Part shown: in pieces, positions 11,244 through 22,050 of the stretch
How positions within the stretch are numbered: position 1 is the first letter of the stretch
Layout of the letters: every line of letters starts with the position of its first letter
Assembly: GCA_013265495.1 (NCBI GenBank)
Contig: MU057560.1
Coordinates: 1,748,753-1,778,518, forward strand
Length of the DNA stretch: 29,766 nt
Reading direction: 5' to 3'
DNA from: Vicugna vicugna
Taxonomy: Eukaryota
Program-made: the position numbers and the translations under genes
The notes under the pieces: model-generated
What the model saw: the letters and a program-made list of their open reading frames with translations, nothing else
Told to the model about the DNA's origin: nothing
Database searches by the model: none

Positions 11244-11683
11244 TCAATACTGTGAGGTCACTACTGAGCATGTTACAAGGGTGCCCTGTGAGCTGTGTGG
11301 ACAGCGCCTCGTTACAGCGCTAAGCAGGCCGCTGCCACGCAGAGGAGGCGGGCCGGCTCGTGGGGGCCAGCATGACCCTCCACCCGGGGCTCTGGGTCTG
11401 GGGCATGAAAACACCGCATTTGTTTGAAAGGTAATGAGGACACCCCCACAAGCTGCAACTGCTCGTTTGCAAATATAATCATGCATCACATTTGCTTTTG
11501 CAGCTGGTGAGCGTCTCACAGTGGGGCAAGTGCTCCACGCAGCCCCCAAGTGGACGTCACTCTCCCCTGTGAGAACATTCAACAGGCCCTGGAGGGGTTC
11601 ACCAAGCGCACGCTGATCCTGAGAGAAACTGTTACTAGTGAGGAGTAAGGGCCACGTGTAACCATTACTGTGAGAGTAAGTGT

Positions 11684-11885
11684 CACTGTATATAAAACAG
11701 ATAAACAACAAGGACCCACTGCATGGCACAGGCAACTGTATTTAATTTCTTATAACAAGCTATAATGGAAAAGAATCTGAAAATATATGTGTATATATAT
11801 ATATGTGTGTGTGTAACTGACTCACTATGCTGTACACAGAAACTAACACAACATTGCAAATCAACTGAGCGTCAATTAAAAAAAA
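11684..11885 (+). mobile_element. Artiodactyl-type LINE-1 3' UTR fragment
   Basis: 'tatataaaacagataaacaacaaggacccactgcatggcacagg...tataatggaaaagaatctgaaaa(TA/TG)n...aaactaacacaacattgcaaatcaac' followed by an A tail. Confidence 0.88.
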
Positions 11886-11887
11886 TT

Positions 11888-11990
11888 AGATAATACAGTG
11901 CCTGCCTCACAGGTCTATTATGAGAATTAATTGCGTCACTATCCGTAAAACACTTAGTGCTTGGCACAAAGAATGTGCTCTGTGTTACTA
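11888..11990 (+). mobile_element. MIR 3' fragment
   Basis: 'ataatacagtgcctgcctcacaggtctattatgagaattaa...gtaaaacacttagtgcttggcaca'. Confidence 0.7.
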
Positions 11991-12059
11991 GTACCTTCTT
12001 CCTGTGTTGGAAAGAATCTTTCTCTGAGGGTGAACTTTACGAGACTGAAGCATAAAGCA

Positions 12060-12346
12060 AGAAAACGCTCCACGTGATGCTGTAATGGTGACTGCACGTC
12101 ACTAACATCTGTCCTGACTCGCAGGACACACACCACCAAGAGGGAACCTGACGTAAACCACGGACCACGGGTGACACTGACGTGTCAACGGAGATTCACC
12201 TGCTTTAACAAGTGTCCCATCTGGTGGGGATGGTGATGCTGGGGGAGGCTGTGTGTGTGGGGGGGTTGGGGGTTCATGGAAAACCTCTGTATCTGCCCCT
12301 CAATTTTGCTATGAACCTAAAACTGCTCTAAAAATTAAAGTTTAAA
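12060..12346 (+). mobile_element. LINE-1 3' end, L1MC1/2-like
   Basis: 'caccaagagggaacctgacgtaaaccacggac...caattttgctatgaacctaaaactgctctaaaaattaaagttt'; same family as 9771-10130, opposite strand. Confidence 0.85.
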
Positions 12347-12630
12347 ACTTACAGTTACCAAAGAAGGGAAATGGGAGAGGGATAAATTAGGAGCTTGGGA
12401 TTAACATACACACTACTACACATAAAATATATAAACAACAAGGACCCGTTGTATCACACAGGGAACCATATTCAATATCTTGCAGTAACCTATAATGGAA
12501 AAGAATATGAAAAAGAATGCACATACATATGTATGGATTTATCACTGAGTCGCTTGGTGCACACCTGAAACTAGCACAACATTGTAAGTCAACTGTCCTT
12601 TAATTAAACAAACAATAGATAAATAAAAGA
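12347..12630 (+). mobile_element. Artiodactyl-type LINE-1 3' UTR fragment
   Basis: 'gataaattaggagcttgggattaacatacacactacta...aacaacaaggacc...cacctgaaactagcacaacattgtaagtcaact' and an A-rich tail; clearly homologous to 11684-11885. Confidence 0.88.
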
Positions 12631-12843
12631 CACATAAGCAACAAGGATTTCCTATTCAGCATGGGGAATTATCCCCAATATTTTGTAATAACCTATAATG
12701 GGATATACTCTGCAAAGAAAAAAACCATGAAATCACTATGATGTGCACCTGAAACTAGGACACTATTGCAAATCAACTATACTTCAACTTAAAAAAAAGT
12801 AATGTCTAAAAAAAAAACAAAAAAGAAACAAACAAATAAATAA
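12631..12843 (+). mobile_element. Second artiodactyl-type LINE-1 3' UTR fragment in tandem
   Basis: 'ataagcaacaaggatttcctattcagcatggggaattat...cacctgaaactaggacactattgcaaatcaactatacttcaac' followed by an A-rich tail. Confidence 0.85.
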
Positions 12844-12928
12844 TAAAGTTTAAAGACAAAATCCACTTCCACTGAGTAATTATATTGCCCAAATTAGAAT
12901 TAAGAAAAAGTGATAAGGATTTATCACT

Positions 12929-12977
12929 TGTGTGTGTGTGTGTGTGCGTGTGTGTGTCTCTGTGTGTGTGTGTGTGT
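12929..12977. repeat. Interrupted (TG)n microsatellite
   Basis: About 24 dinucleotide units with CG and TCTC interruptions. Confidence 0.95.
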
Positions 12978-13329
12978 GCAAGAGGCAGAGAGTGAGAGAA
13001 ACTCTTAAATGAGCTCAGAAATACCTCAAAGGAAGGGCTCCCGCATGACAAGTCCCGCACCGTCCCTGGTGTGGCTCCTGCGAAGCCGCGGCAGTGCTGG
13101 GAAGTCCACACAAGACGAAAGTCTTCTGCAGTCAGGGTGGAGCAGGGCTGTGGGATGTGTGTTCAGGCTGCGCCAGCTCAGTAAACATTGTTAATTTGCT
13201 TATACACCCACCCAGGGTACGCGGATGCTGCTTTATTTGAAGTCTTTCGGGACAGGAAAGCTGATGGGAGGAAGGAAGGATGGTTTTGGCTGCCCTTGGC
13301 TGCAGCCCATGGGGAGAATTGTTTAAACT

Positions 13330-13720
13330 CACTCATTCAATCAACCAACATTCGGGCGTTTATTATGGCTTGGCACTGCCCATTGCTGCGAATATGGAAA
13401 TGAACAAGGCATGGCTGTGCCTGCAGAGAGAACTAATGAGGGAGGCAGACATCAAAAACCCAAGTCCCTGTGGATCCGAAGGGCAGCAGCAGAAGCGCAC
13501 CGTGCATCCAGACGCGGTGCAGAGGAGGACAGAGGACGGGACGGACTGGGATGCTCTCAGCGCAGTGAACACTCACGAGGACGCCACGGACATGGGAGAA
13601 GGCAGGGGTGCGTGTGTGTAGCAATCACGGCAGGTGGAACTGCGTGAGATCCTCGCTGGGAAAGACAAACCGGTCCGAGTCCTGGGAGGAGGGGGAGATC
13701 CGGGGGATGGAAGAGCAGCT
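13330..13720 (-). mobile_element. LINE-2 3' fragment, strongly GC-shifted
   Basis: Starts 'actcattcaatcaaccaacatt...ggcactg...tggaaatgaacaaggcatgg...gggaggcagaca' (reverse L2 3' end). The distal boundary is uncertain. Confidence 0.6.
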
Positions 13721-14289
13721 CGGAGACGCAGAGAGTAAAGAAGCCAGGGCAGCAGGGAAGCATCCAGGTTTGCTGTGCTTGTTTCAAAATCACTGGTTTT
13801 GTAACTTTAGAGTCACGTCTTTTTCATCAGTGACTCACTGAGAAGTCTGCTTTCCTGTGTTACTGTTGCAAGTGTCGCCAGCAAAAGCTCAGCTCCTTGT
13901 AAGACGCTGCTCTCCCGGACACGCGGTTCCTGTGTTCTCATCAGAACGCCTTCCACGACCTCTCGTGTTCCGTGACCATCCGGGCCACTTCCACAGCACA
14001 GGCCTCCACGTTAACACATGGCATTAAACATCCGGGGTCAGCTTTCGGTTCTGCGACCTTGACTGCAAAGTCCGTTGTGTTAATGACTAACAAGGATGAA
14101 CCCACTTTGAACACACACTTGCGAACCGGTTTACAGCAGTCACGGTTAATAAAACATTTAAGTTTATCAAAATGCTCAAATCCTTAGGTACGAAACATGG
14201 AGGAAGAGAGTAAAACTGCCACATAGTTTCAAGAAAACAATCTAATAGACCAACATCTCAATGACTTTACTCCTTCCTCGTATCATATA

Positions 14290-14628
14290 CAGTTGACCCT
14301 TGAACCATTCGGGGGTTGGGGCACCAGTGCCCCACACAGTCGAAAATCCCAAAAAATAAAGGAAGTGACACACCAGTCACCCGAAGCAGGAAGCTGAAAC
14401 CGTTTGGGCAGAACCAAAGCTCACACCCTTGTTCATCTGATTCCTGCCGCATCATCTATTCACAATACAGATACTGTGATCTCTAATCGAACACAATTTT
14501 CCCCACACTTGGGTCATTTAAAGACCTGTAAAGTGAAAATACAGGTACTATATTTATCGGAAGAAATTCGAGCATAGGGCATAGGCGGGCCCACACAGTT
14601 CAAACTAACTGCCGTTCAGGGCTAACAG
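14290..14628. mobile_element. Tigger2-family (Tc1/mariner-pogo) non-autonomous DNA transposon, MER8/Tigger2a-like
   Basis: Left end CAGTTGACCCTTGAAC, decayed right end GTTCAGGGCTAACAG, flanked by TA at 14288-14289 and 14629-14630. The subterminal 'cagtcgaaaatcc' and 'tatttatcggaagaaattcg...cccacacagttcaaac' match recalled Tigger2 ends. Confidence 0.85.
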
Positions 14629-15487
14629 TACCTGTGTCATTGGAGTTAAAAACAACAATCACTTTTTATAGGTCCTGAGATGGCTGAAAAAGCAAGCGTT
14701 AGCTGATGGAAGCAGACGGAACAGCCCCCAGTGACACGCGTGGACACTCCCACGTGACCGCGGGAAACTCATTCCCAGCAGATGGTTTAGCAGCCTTCAC
14801 GCCAACCTTCTAATTGGCACTTATGGTAAAGTTCTTGGAAAGCTGACTGTACGGCCCCTGAGGGGTGAGAAGAGGAGAAACTCCGAGGAAGGACTCATGG
14901 CGAAAACAGAAATGACAGCGGAAAGCGTAGGAGAAAGTGGGCGCGGAGCATGGCACCAAAAAGGCAGGTCTGAATTGTCTAGCAGAGGCACTTCTTTGAG
15001 GCCCAAGTTCGTAAGCCCTGCAGACTGACAGGGCACCACTCTACCTGCTCGTGTGCAAATCTGCCCACGTGAACAGCTGCGTGTCCACGGGGAGGAAGAC
15101 CAACGGGGGCGGCTAGCAGAGTCCTGTTCGTTGACCCTGGTGAGTGCTAATCATTGGCTCGTGTTCGTCACTCACTGACATTTATCTGCATTCACAAAGA
15201 CGCCTGCATGTCAGCATTTCTCATCCCAAGGACCATTCACAGTCAATACGTCTACAGGCTTCTGCTTGTAAACAAGGCAGCCGTGCTTAAACTAAGAAAT
15301 ACTTTCCTAATCCGGGAAGCCTAGGATGAGGCATTGGGATGGAAGGAAGTTGCCAAGGAGACCAAGAAGGTGACTGCAGGGAGCAGAATTGTGGAGGCAA
15401 ATTTGCACAGAGGGAAGGAGCTAAGATTTGAAGCGAGTGCAAGGAAGCGACCTGAGGTGCCGATGTGAGAGACTGCGCGTAGGTGTC

Positions 15488-15818
15488 AGCTGAGGGCTGA
15501 ATGCTTGTGTCCCCCCAGAATTCATGTGTTGAAAGGCTAACCCCCCATATGAGGATCCTAGGAGGTGGGGTCTTTGGAAGTGATTAGACGGAGCCCCCAT
15601 GCTGAGACTAGTCCCTGATAACAGAGGAGGAGACAGAAGACCTCACCCTCTCCGCGATGTAAGGACATAACAAGAAGGCTGCCCTCTGCAAACCAGACAC
15701 TTGATCTACTGACACCTTGGTTTGGGGCTTCCAGCCTGGAAAGGTGAAGAATCGATTTCTGCTGTCTAAGTCACCTGGTCTGTGGCATTTGTTACAGCAG
15801 CCTGCACAGACTGAGACA
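15488..15818 (+). mobile_element. MaLR solo LTR, MLT1A-like
   Basis: 'ctgaatgcttgtgtccccccagaattcatgtgttgaaa...ttccagcctggaaaggtgaagaatcgatttctg...tttgttacagcagcctgcacagactgagaca'; 5-bp TSD GTGTC (15483-15487) / GTGCC (15819-15823). Confidence 0.9.
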
Positions 15819-17074
15819 GTGCCATGGCCACCAGCTGGATGGAAAAGGAATGTAAGCGCAGGGAAGCAATTTGAACAGAAAGGATTACAAATAGGTGTCT
15901 TTAGTTTTTCATTTTTATGTTGGTTGGTTTTTGTCCAAATCCCTACTCTGCCCTATAGAAGCTGTTTGAAACAACTTAAGAAAAACAAATGATTAGCAAA
16001 GAATCCTGGCTCACTGCACGCATGCTGACCGTGGTCATTTAGAGGGAAAGGCAGATGTACTAAAGTGCGTGCTTAGGATGCGTCACCGTTACCCACATGG
16101 GGCAGACCTGACTTCCCCGGTAACTGATGAAGCCGCACACGTTACTCCTTAGATGACATGCATCAAGCTGGAAGGTCACACTGAAGGTACAAGTCACAAT
16201 CCATCAACGTAGTGACTATTTGCTACTTAATTTCTACTAGTGTAGCTTCAAAAATCCCCATGTGACATGAAGCTGCTGCCACACTGGCTCTTCAGTGACA
16301 GTAGCTCTTGGTGGAAACATTAGTTCCATCTCTGTCTTGTCACTGCACGGCCTGCACCACTAGAAGAGAGCGTCCAGAACTTACAGAGAACATCCGCCAC
16401 CACCACAGCCCTGTCCTCCGTGGGACACAGCCTGAGAGGAAACCTGGCAAAAACAGTCCCGGATCAAATGGGAGACTGCACCCAGAGGTCCTAGCTCGTG
16501 GAACCTAAACAATGAACAAATCATTGACATGTTAGAAGTCCTGAGAAGTCCCGCAACAAAAAAATTTTGATTAACTTGGGTCAAGCTTTTATTCAAATGC
16601 TAAGGCAGAGAAACTCTGATTTAAGTTTGTCTCGCCCTCCGTTTACTAAGCACGCCGCGCAGGGCCGCCTGCTTGCCCGCAGAGCTGATTGCTCAGCAGA
16701 AGCATTTTGGGACACAGCACGGGGCTGCCAGTAGGCCCAGTTCTCCCTAGTCTCCAAATACATCAGAACTGATAACTTATTTCTCCTCACGATGCTCTCG
16801 TGCCTCCAGACAAGTCTTCAAGCTCCACGGAATTATTATTTCCTGATTACTTTACCCAGCACAAAAAACTCAAGTGTACTCTAATGCAGTATCATCATAC
16901 CAACTGCATCGCTGAAGCCAACCACAGGTGCAATGGATTGTGAAAGCATGGCCTCTATATTCTCAAAGCTTTGCAATTCTGTCCAAGTTTCTGAAGCACC
17001 TCCTGGTTCTTCCAGCGAATTGGCAGGATCTGTAGGGCATTCTGCTAGCCCACAGCTACGTTAGCAAGAACGTA

Positions 17075-17260
17075 ATTCACTTTTGGATAGAAAATTGTTG
17101 ACATGCTTAATAAGCCCTCAGTTAACTGGAAACTTTGGGGGAAAGCACATTAGATGGAAGAATGAGAGGTAAAGATCTTGTTTGAATTAAAGGATGGGAT
17201 AAATCCAATGAAATGAAATTTAATATAAATGTATGTAAGGTGCTGCAATTCAGCTCAGTT
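17075..17260 (+). mobile_element. CR1/L3 LINE reverse-transcriptase remnant (left part)
   Basis: 17171-17251 translates KDLV*IKGWDKSNEMKFNINVCKVLQF, matching the CR1 motif DLxxLxxWxxxNxMxFNxxKCKVLH. Confidence 0.75.
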
Positions 17261-17273
17261 TTAATAAAAAAAA

Positions 17274-17565
17274 TTTTGATAAACACATATTAGGTACTCC
17301 CTTTATGCTGAGCACTGAGCTGGGTGTTGGGGATTGCAAAATTTCTTTCTGTGCTCCAGAGGTTCACAATATTAAGAAGGAGAAAGAGACTAAGAGGTAA
17401 TATAAATTCCTGGTAATTGTTATAAAACAGAGATAAGAATAAGGTCCACAGGAACTTAGAAGAGGGGTGCTGCACCCAGACTGGAAAGGGGTCATGAATG
17501 GCATCCTAAAAGAGATTAAAATCTAAAGTCAGGGGTGAGTGAGATTAAGCCTTATAAAAGAAGTC
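17274..17565 (-). mobile_element. LINE-2 3' fragment inserted in the CR1/L3 copy
   Basis: 'ataaacacatattaggtactccctttatgctgagcactgagctgggtgttgggga...aggttcacaatatt' (reverse L2 3' end). Confidence 0.65.
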
Positions 17566-17574
17566 CAGGCTGCT

Positions 17575-17690
17575 CATTAGAATTTTGATGCAGCGGCTCA
17601 AATAAAGGACAATAATGCTTAGGATGGGGGCAAAGGCCTGGCCTCTAGCTTAAGTATTGTCCCTGAAATCTACTTGGAACACTTAGCTGG
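17575..17690 (+). mobile_element. CR1/L3 remnant (right part)
   Basis: 'tgatgcagcggctcaaataaaggacaataatgcttagga' resembles the CR1 segment encoding DAAAKKANxxLG. Confidence 0.4.
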
Positions 17691-17789
17691 GTGACAGTAA
17701 TTATTTAGTCATGTCAAAATGATCACAAATCATGCCCTCCTCCCCCCAAAAAAACTCATTTCACGTTTACTTTTCCAAATACACAGTGG

Positions 17790-18876
17790 GAAAATAGAGG
17801 GACAAGAGGAATAGAAAACAAAATACATTTTTAGGTAACTGCCAGATATTTTCCAATTTTCACCCAAACTATAAATCCACAGACAAAACAACTCAATGAA
17901 ACTAAAGATACAGACAAACTAAAGATGCAGGAAGAGAGCTGCACAAAGTCACCCCAAAGCCAGATTGCCTCTAGCAAGGGCTAAAGATGTCGTCCTGACA
18001 GCAGGGGGCAGTGGAAACACATCACACGCTGAAGAGCAAAGGAAAGGAAGGCAGCAGGTTCTGCACTGGAAACGATGTAAGTCAGAGCACAGAGGGGTAA
18101 CGTCTGTGAGTTACTGAAAGGAAAAGGCACCAACCTAGAATTTTATACTCAATAGGTCTGTTGTCTACAAATGATACTAAGACAAAGATTTTCCAGAAGA
18201 CAAAACCTGAAGAATTAACACAAGGTAGGCAGGCACTGCAAGGAATAATAAAAGAGGCCTTTCCGGCAGATGAAAGGGTATTAAGTGAAAACCTAGATCT
18301 ATGCAAAGAAATTTTAAAAATTGGAAATTTTAGCTATTTGTATATTTTAACAACAATTTAAATCATTTTCCTAATAATTTAAATCCCTTTAAAAATAATT
18401 AACTAATGAAGGCAAGAATTTTTAAATATATATATTGTACAGTTTATGAAGAAGCAAAACATCACAGCGTCACAGAGGCCAGGAAGAGAGGAATGGAAGT
18501 ACTCGCTCACACGGTTCTCAGACTACATGTGAAGTGGTTTGGTAACACTTGAAGGCAGATTGTGACAAATCAGAGGTGTACATTATAAACCCAAAGCAAC
18601 CATTAAAATAAAAACAGAAAGAAAATGAAAACACAACTGGTCAACAACAAAAACAAAAACAACTGGAACAAGGAAGAAAATGCTCAACTGCTCAAAAGAA
18701 CACAAAAAAGGTAAAAATGGTGCAAATGGAAAAGAAGTGGCAAGATGGGAGAATTAAACCAAACCGTCAACAATAACCACGTTGACTGTAAGAGGTCTAA
18801 ACGCCCCAAATAAACAACAGCGATTGTGAGGCTGGATTAAAAATCAGGACTCAGCTTCATGCTGCCTGCAAGGAAC
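17790..18876 (+). mobile_element. Ancient LINE-1 (L1MD/ME-like): ORF1 C-terminus, inter-ORF region and ORF2 start
   Basis: 'caacctagaattttatactca'; ORF 18161-18361 (KTKIFQKTKPEEL...ALQGIIKE) is ORF1p-like; about 18772-18876 is a decayed endonuclease start ('ggtctaaacgccccaaataaa...tggattaaaaatcaggac...tgctgcctgcaaggaac'). Confidence 0.8.
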
Positions 18877-19029
18877 TTGCTGGACAAACACTCACGCTCA
18901 CAAAAGTAAAATTACAGAAGAAGCTACAGCACGGCGACAGGAGCACGCTGGGAAACACGGCTCCAACCCACAGTGTGACAGTCTTGGAAGTGGCCGGTCC
19001 CATGTCTGCAGTAAGGAAAAATGTGCTGG

Positions 19030-20069
19030 ATGACTGTGATATATGGATAAACGGAACGAATGACAGAGATGTCATAAGAAATGGGAGGGAAACAGCTGGA
19101 ATATCCTAAGAAAAGGAAACCACACGACACACAGAGCAGCGCGGTGTTATCTGAAGGTGGGCGTACGTTAACTAAGTGTATTTTGGAATCTCTAGGGCAA
19201 TCATTTAGAAATTTTCAAAGATATATAATGAATACAAGGAGAGAAGAGATTAAATGCAACACTATAAATCGATCAATTAATATCAGAAAAGGCAGAAAGA
19301 GAAGAGGGAACGTAAACAAAAGCAAAGGCAGTGATTAGAACACAGGACGTATGATAAACAGGAGTCCAGCTCCACTGATACTCACTTCAGGCCTAAAGAG
19401 TCGGTCGGTTACAAGGAAAAGGACGGAGAAAGATGCAACACGCTAACACCAGTCAAAGGCAATGCTGAGCGGCTATGTTAATTTTACCAAAAGTAGACTT
19501 CAGAGGAAGGGAAAAAGTCTAAGGAATAAAAGGTGGCATTGAATAATGATTCAGGGAACAATTCTCCAATAAGACATAACAATCCCAAAGCAATGGGTTC
19601 AAAACAAGAAAGCATAAAAATATACAAGGCAAAAACTGATAGAACAAGGAAACTAGACAAGTCCACGTGTCTAGCGGGAGACCTCAGTACCCGCCTTCAG
19701 TAACCGATACACCAAAGCCCGCAGCAAATCAGTCAAGACAGAGCCGACCTGAACCACACGATGAATCCCCTGGATCTAACCGACATGTGTAGGATCCTCT
19801 GTTCAGAACAGAACACACGTTCTTCTCAAGCTCAGTGTGGAACAGTTATCAAGACAGACCATATTCTGAGCCACAAAATACACATTAACAAATATAAAAG
19901 AATAGAAATCCGACGAAGTATGTTCAGCGATCACCCTGGAATTAAGGTAGGAATCAACAGCAGACAGACAGCTGGAAAATCCTCACATGTTTGGACATCA
20001 AGCAACACACTGCCAAGTAACACACAGGTCAAAAAAGAAGTCTCATGAGAAATTCTAAAACATTTTGAA
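19030..20069 (+). mobile_element. Second ancient LINE-1 fragment: inter-ORF region plus ORF2 endonuclease
   Basis: ORF 19761-20048 (LDLTDMCR...KTDHILSHK...SMFSDHPGIK) contains the L1 APE endonuclease DH and SDH motifs; upstream is a second inter-ORF-like segment. Confidence 0.85.
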
Positions 20070-20424
20070 GCGGCAGGTAGTGGACACAGAGGGAGGAGTC
20101 ACAGCCAGGAGCCGGGAGAGTGGTGACTGGAGCAGGTGTTTGATTTACAAATCACTGACGGCCTCAGCGACCCTCAGCCAGCGCGTCCTACCTGGACGGA
20201 AAGTGGAGTCAGACGGAAGCGCCTCATGTTCCCCGCGAGGGGCTGATAGATGGCACCACACAGGCGAGCTGGTCACTGTGGAGGGCGGACCCGAGCCCTC
20301 TGTGCCCAGGTCGGAGTCTCCCAGCACCAGGGGACTCGTGACCGCTCGCAGAAAACGCCCACACACCTGCCGCAGCAGAGAAGGCTGGACACTTGGAGGA
20401 GCCAGTCTGTCTGCATTCCGGCTT

Positions 20425-20512
20425 GTAAATTAGCAAAAAAAACCTTCGTTTCTTATAAACCAGCATAAACACCTGCATTTCTGGTAAACCAGCAGAAACA
20501 CGTTTATTTCTG
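20425..20512. repeat. Degenerate tandem trimer, 29-30 bp unit
   Basis: gtaaattagcaaaaaaaaccttcgtttctt / ataaaccagcataaacacctgcatttctg / gtaaaccagcagaaacacgtttatttctg. Confidence 0.7.
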
Positions 20513-20540
20513 TGCCCGTCAGTACAGCTTCCAACCGTGG

Positions 20541-20586
20541 ACAGATACCATTCAACCTGTTACAGTTACAGATACCATTCAACCTG
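20541..20586. repeat. Perfect 19-bp direct repeat
   Basis: ACAGATACCATTCAACCTG at 20541-20559 and 20568-20586. Confidence 0.9.
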
Positions 20587-21769
20587 CCTCTGCTTCTGTC
20601 CTAGACCTCGGTCCCTCGTCCTGTCCTCACCACCACCAGGACTGCACCTGCCACGTGGCTGACCCGAGCAAATGTCTGCGAAGGAAGAACAGCGTCTTAA
20701 TTTGCGCGCTCACATCCTACGGTCCTCTGGTCACCATTTGACTTATCCAGACCAAGATGGGCTGACCCTTCTCTTCTGCGTGTCTGACAAGGCCTAAACG
20801 TAACCCAGACATCGTTCAGGCAACCTCCGCGCTAGCTCACGTCGCTGCACTGGAACGGAAAGCCCTACCCCAGCCCTGTGCGCCATTCAGGATTCCCAGC
20901 GGTGGGGTTTTAGATTGGACAACGCAGAAACTTGAAAGGTGATATTTCTTTTAGATCAACAAAATGCTACGAGATTGAAGTCAGATAGAAAGGAAATGCA
21001 CAAACTGTTCCATAACGTTTTGCAATTTTTTCCTCATTTTTTCCTGTCTGTCTCTTTCCAATGGTTCTGAGACACATTAGGCTGCTCACTGGTCATGATG
21101 TGCTCACATAAGGAGCTCTTGTGTCCGTGGAGCTCAGCCTGGCTCCACCAGAAGCCTGTGTGCTGTGACTGCGCACGTAAGAGTGGTGTTTTGCTAAGGA
21201 GTACCAGCCACATCGCGTTAGTTTTATTTGGGGGTGGGAAAGGCATTTTCATCGGTGAATTGCAGTACATTTGTTTTCTTTGGTTAACTCAGAAAACAGA
21301 TTAACTGGTGGACTTAAGAAATGTTCATGGAAGTTCAAGGGATTAAACAAGAAATATCTGTAAGTACCTGCTCTGAAAAAAATAAGTAAAATAAAGCCGC
21401 GACATTGGTTACTTTTGATTTAACGTTTCTTTTTTGGGAAAGTTTGTTTTTCTTCAAAATGAGAATGGAATATATACAGTTTACACTGGATGTATCTTTC
21501 CAGGAAGCTCTTCTCCAACTACAGGCTTTCAGGGGTCACCGTCCAACCTCTTTCCACCCTCTGCTATTCTGCTATCACACCACCACTCCCGTGCCTTTAA
21601 GTCTTTGGGACATTTTTCCAGGCGAGGTGGTTCTTAAATGACTAAAATAATAAACAAACTGGAGAAGATGTGTACATTTCTCACTTGCTAGTTTATGTAC
21701 AACGGGTGCCTTGCAGTCAGTTCTGAGGCCCAACCAAGGACTCTGCCAACCAAGGCGGCAGGCGTACCG

Positions 21770-21825
21770 TGAGTCACTGTGTGCGCCACAGCGGGTACTT
21801 AGTCTATAAATAAGGCACCTGCTGC
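21770..21825. promoter_or_regulatory. AP-1 / MEF2 / E-box motif cluster
   Basis: TGAGTCA 21770-21776; CTATAAATAA 21804-21813; CACCTG(CTGC) 21816-21825. Confidence 0.35.
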
Positions 21826-21899
21826 AGTCATTGCTGTCCGCCAGCACGGTATCAGAGTTTACCTGATGGTGTAGATAACGCTTTGGTTCCATAAATGTT

Positions 21900-22050
21900 G
21901 ATCTTCCTGTCTGTCTCTCTGCGTAGCATCATCTGTCTTCTGTCTGTCCATCCATCCACCCAACTATCCATCTGTCATCAAACTATCTCCTGCCTACCTA
22001 CCTATCTGTCCATCATCTGTCTATTTCATACGCACATACACTCGTACATC
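21900..22050. repeat. Degenerate (TCTR/CCAT)n low-complexity repeat
   Basis: 'ctgtctgtccatccatcc...cctacctacctatctgtccatcatctgtctat'. Confidence 0.8.

Noticed and set aside
19761..20048. Intact endonuclease gene
   Set aside because: Only the C-terminal part of an L1 endonuclease; upstream sequence has stops and frameshifts.
20425..20586. CRISPR-like repeat-spacer array
   Set aside because: Mammalian context, only 2-3 copies, no unique spacers of constant length and no cas genes.
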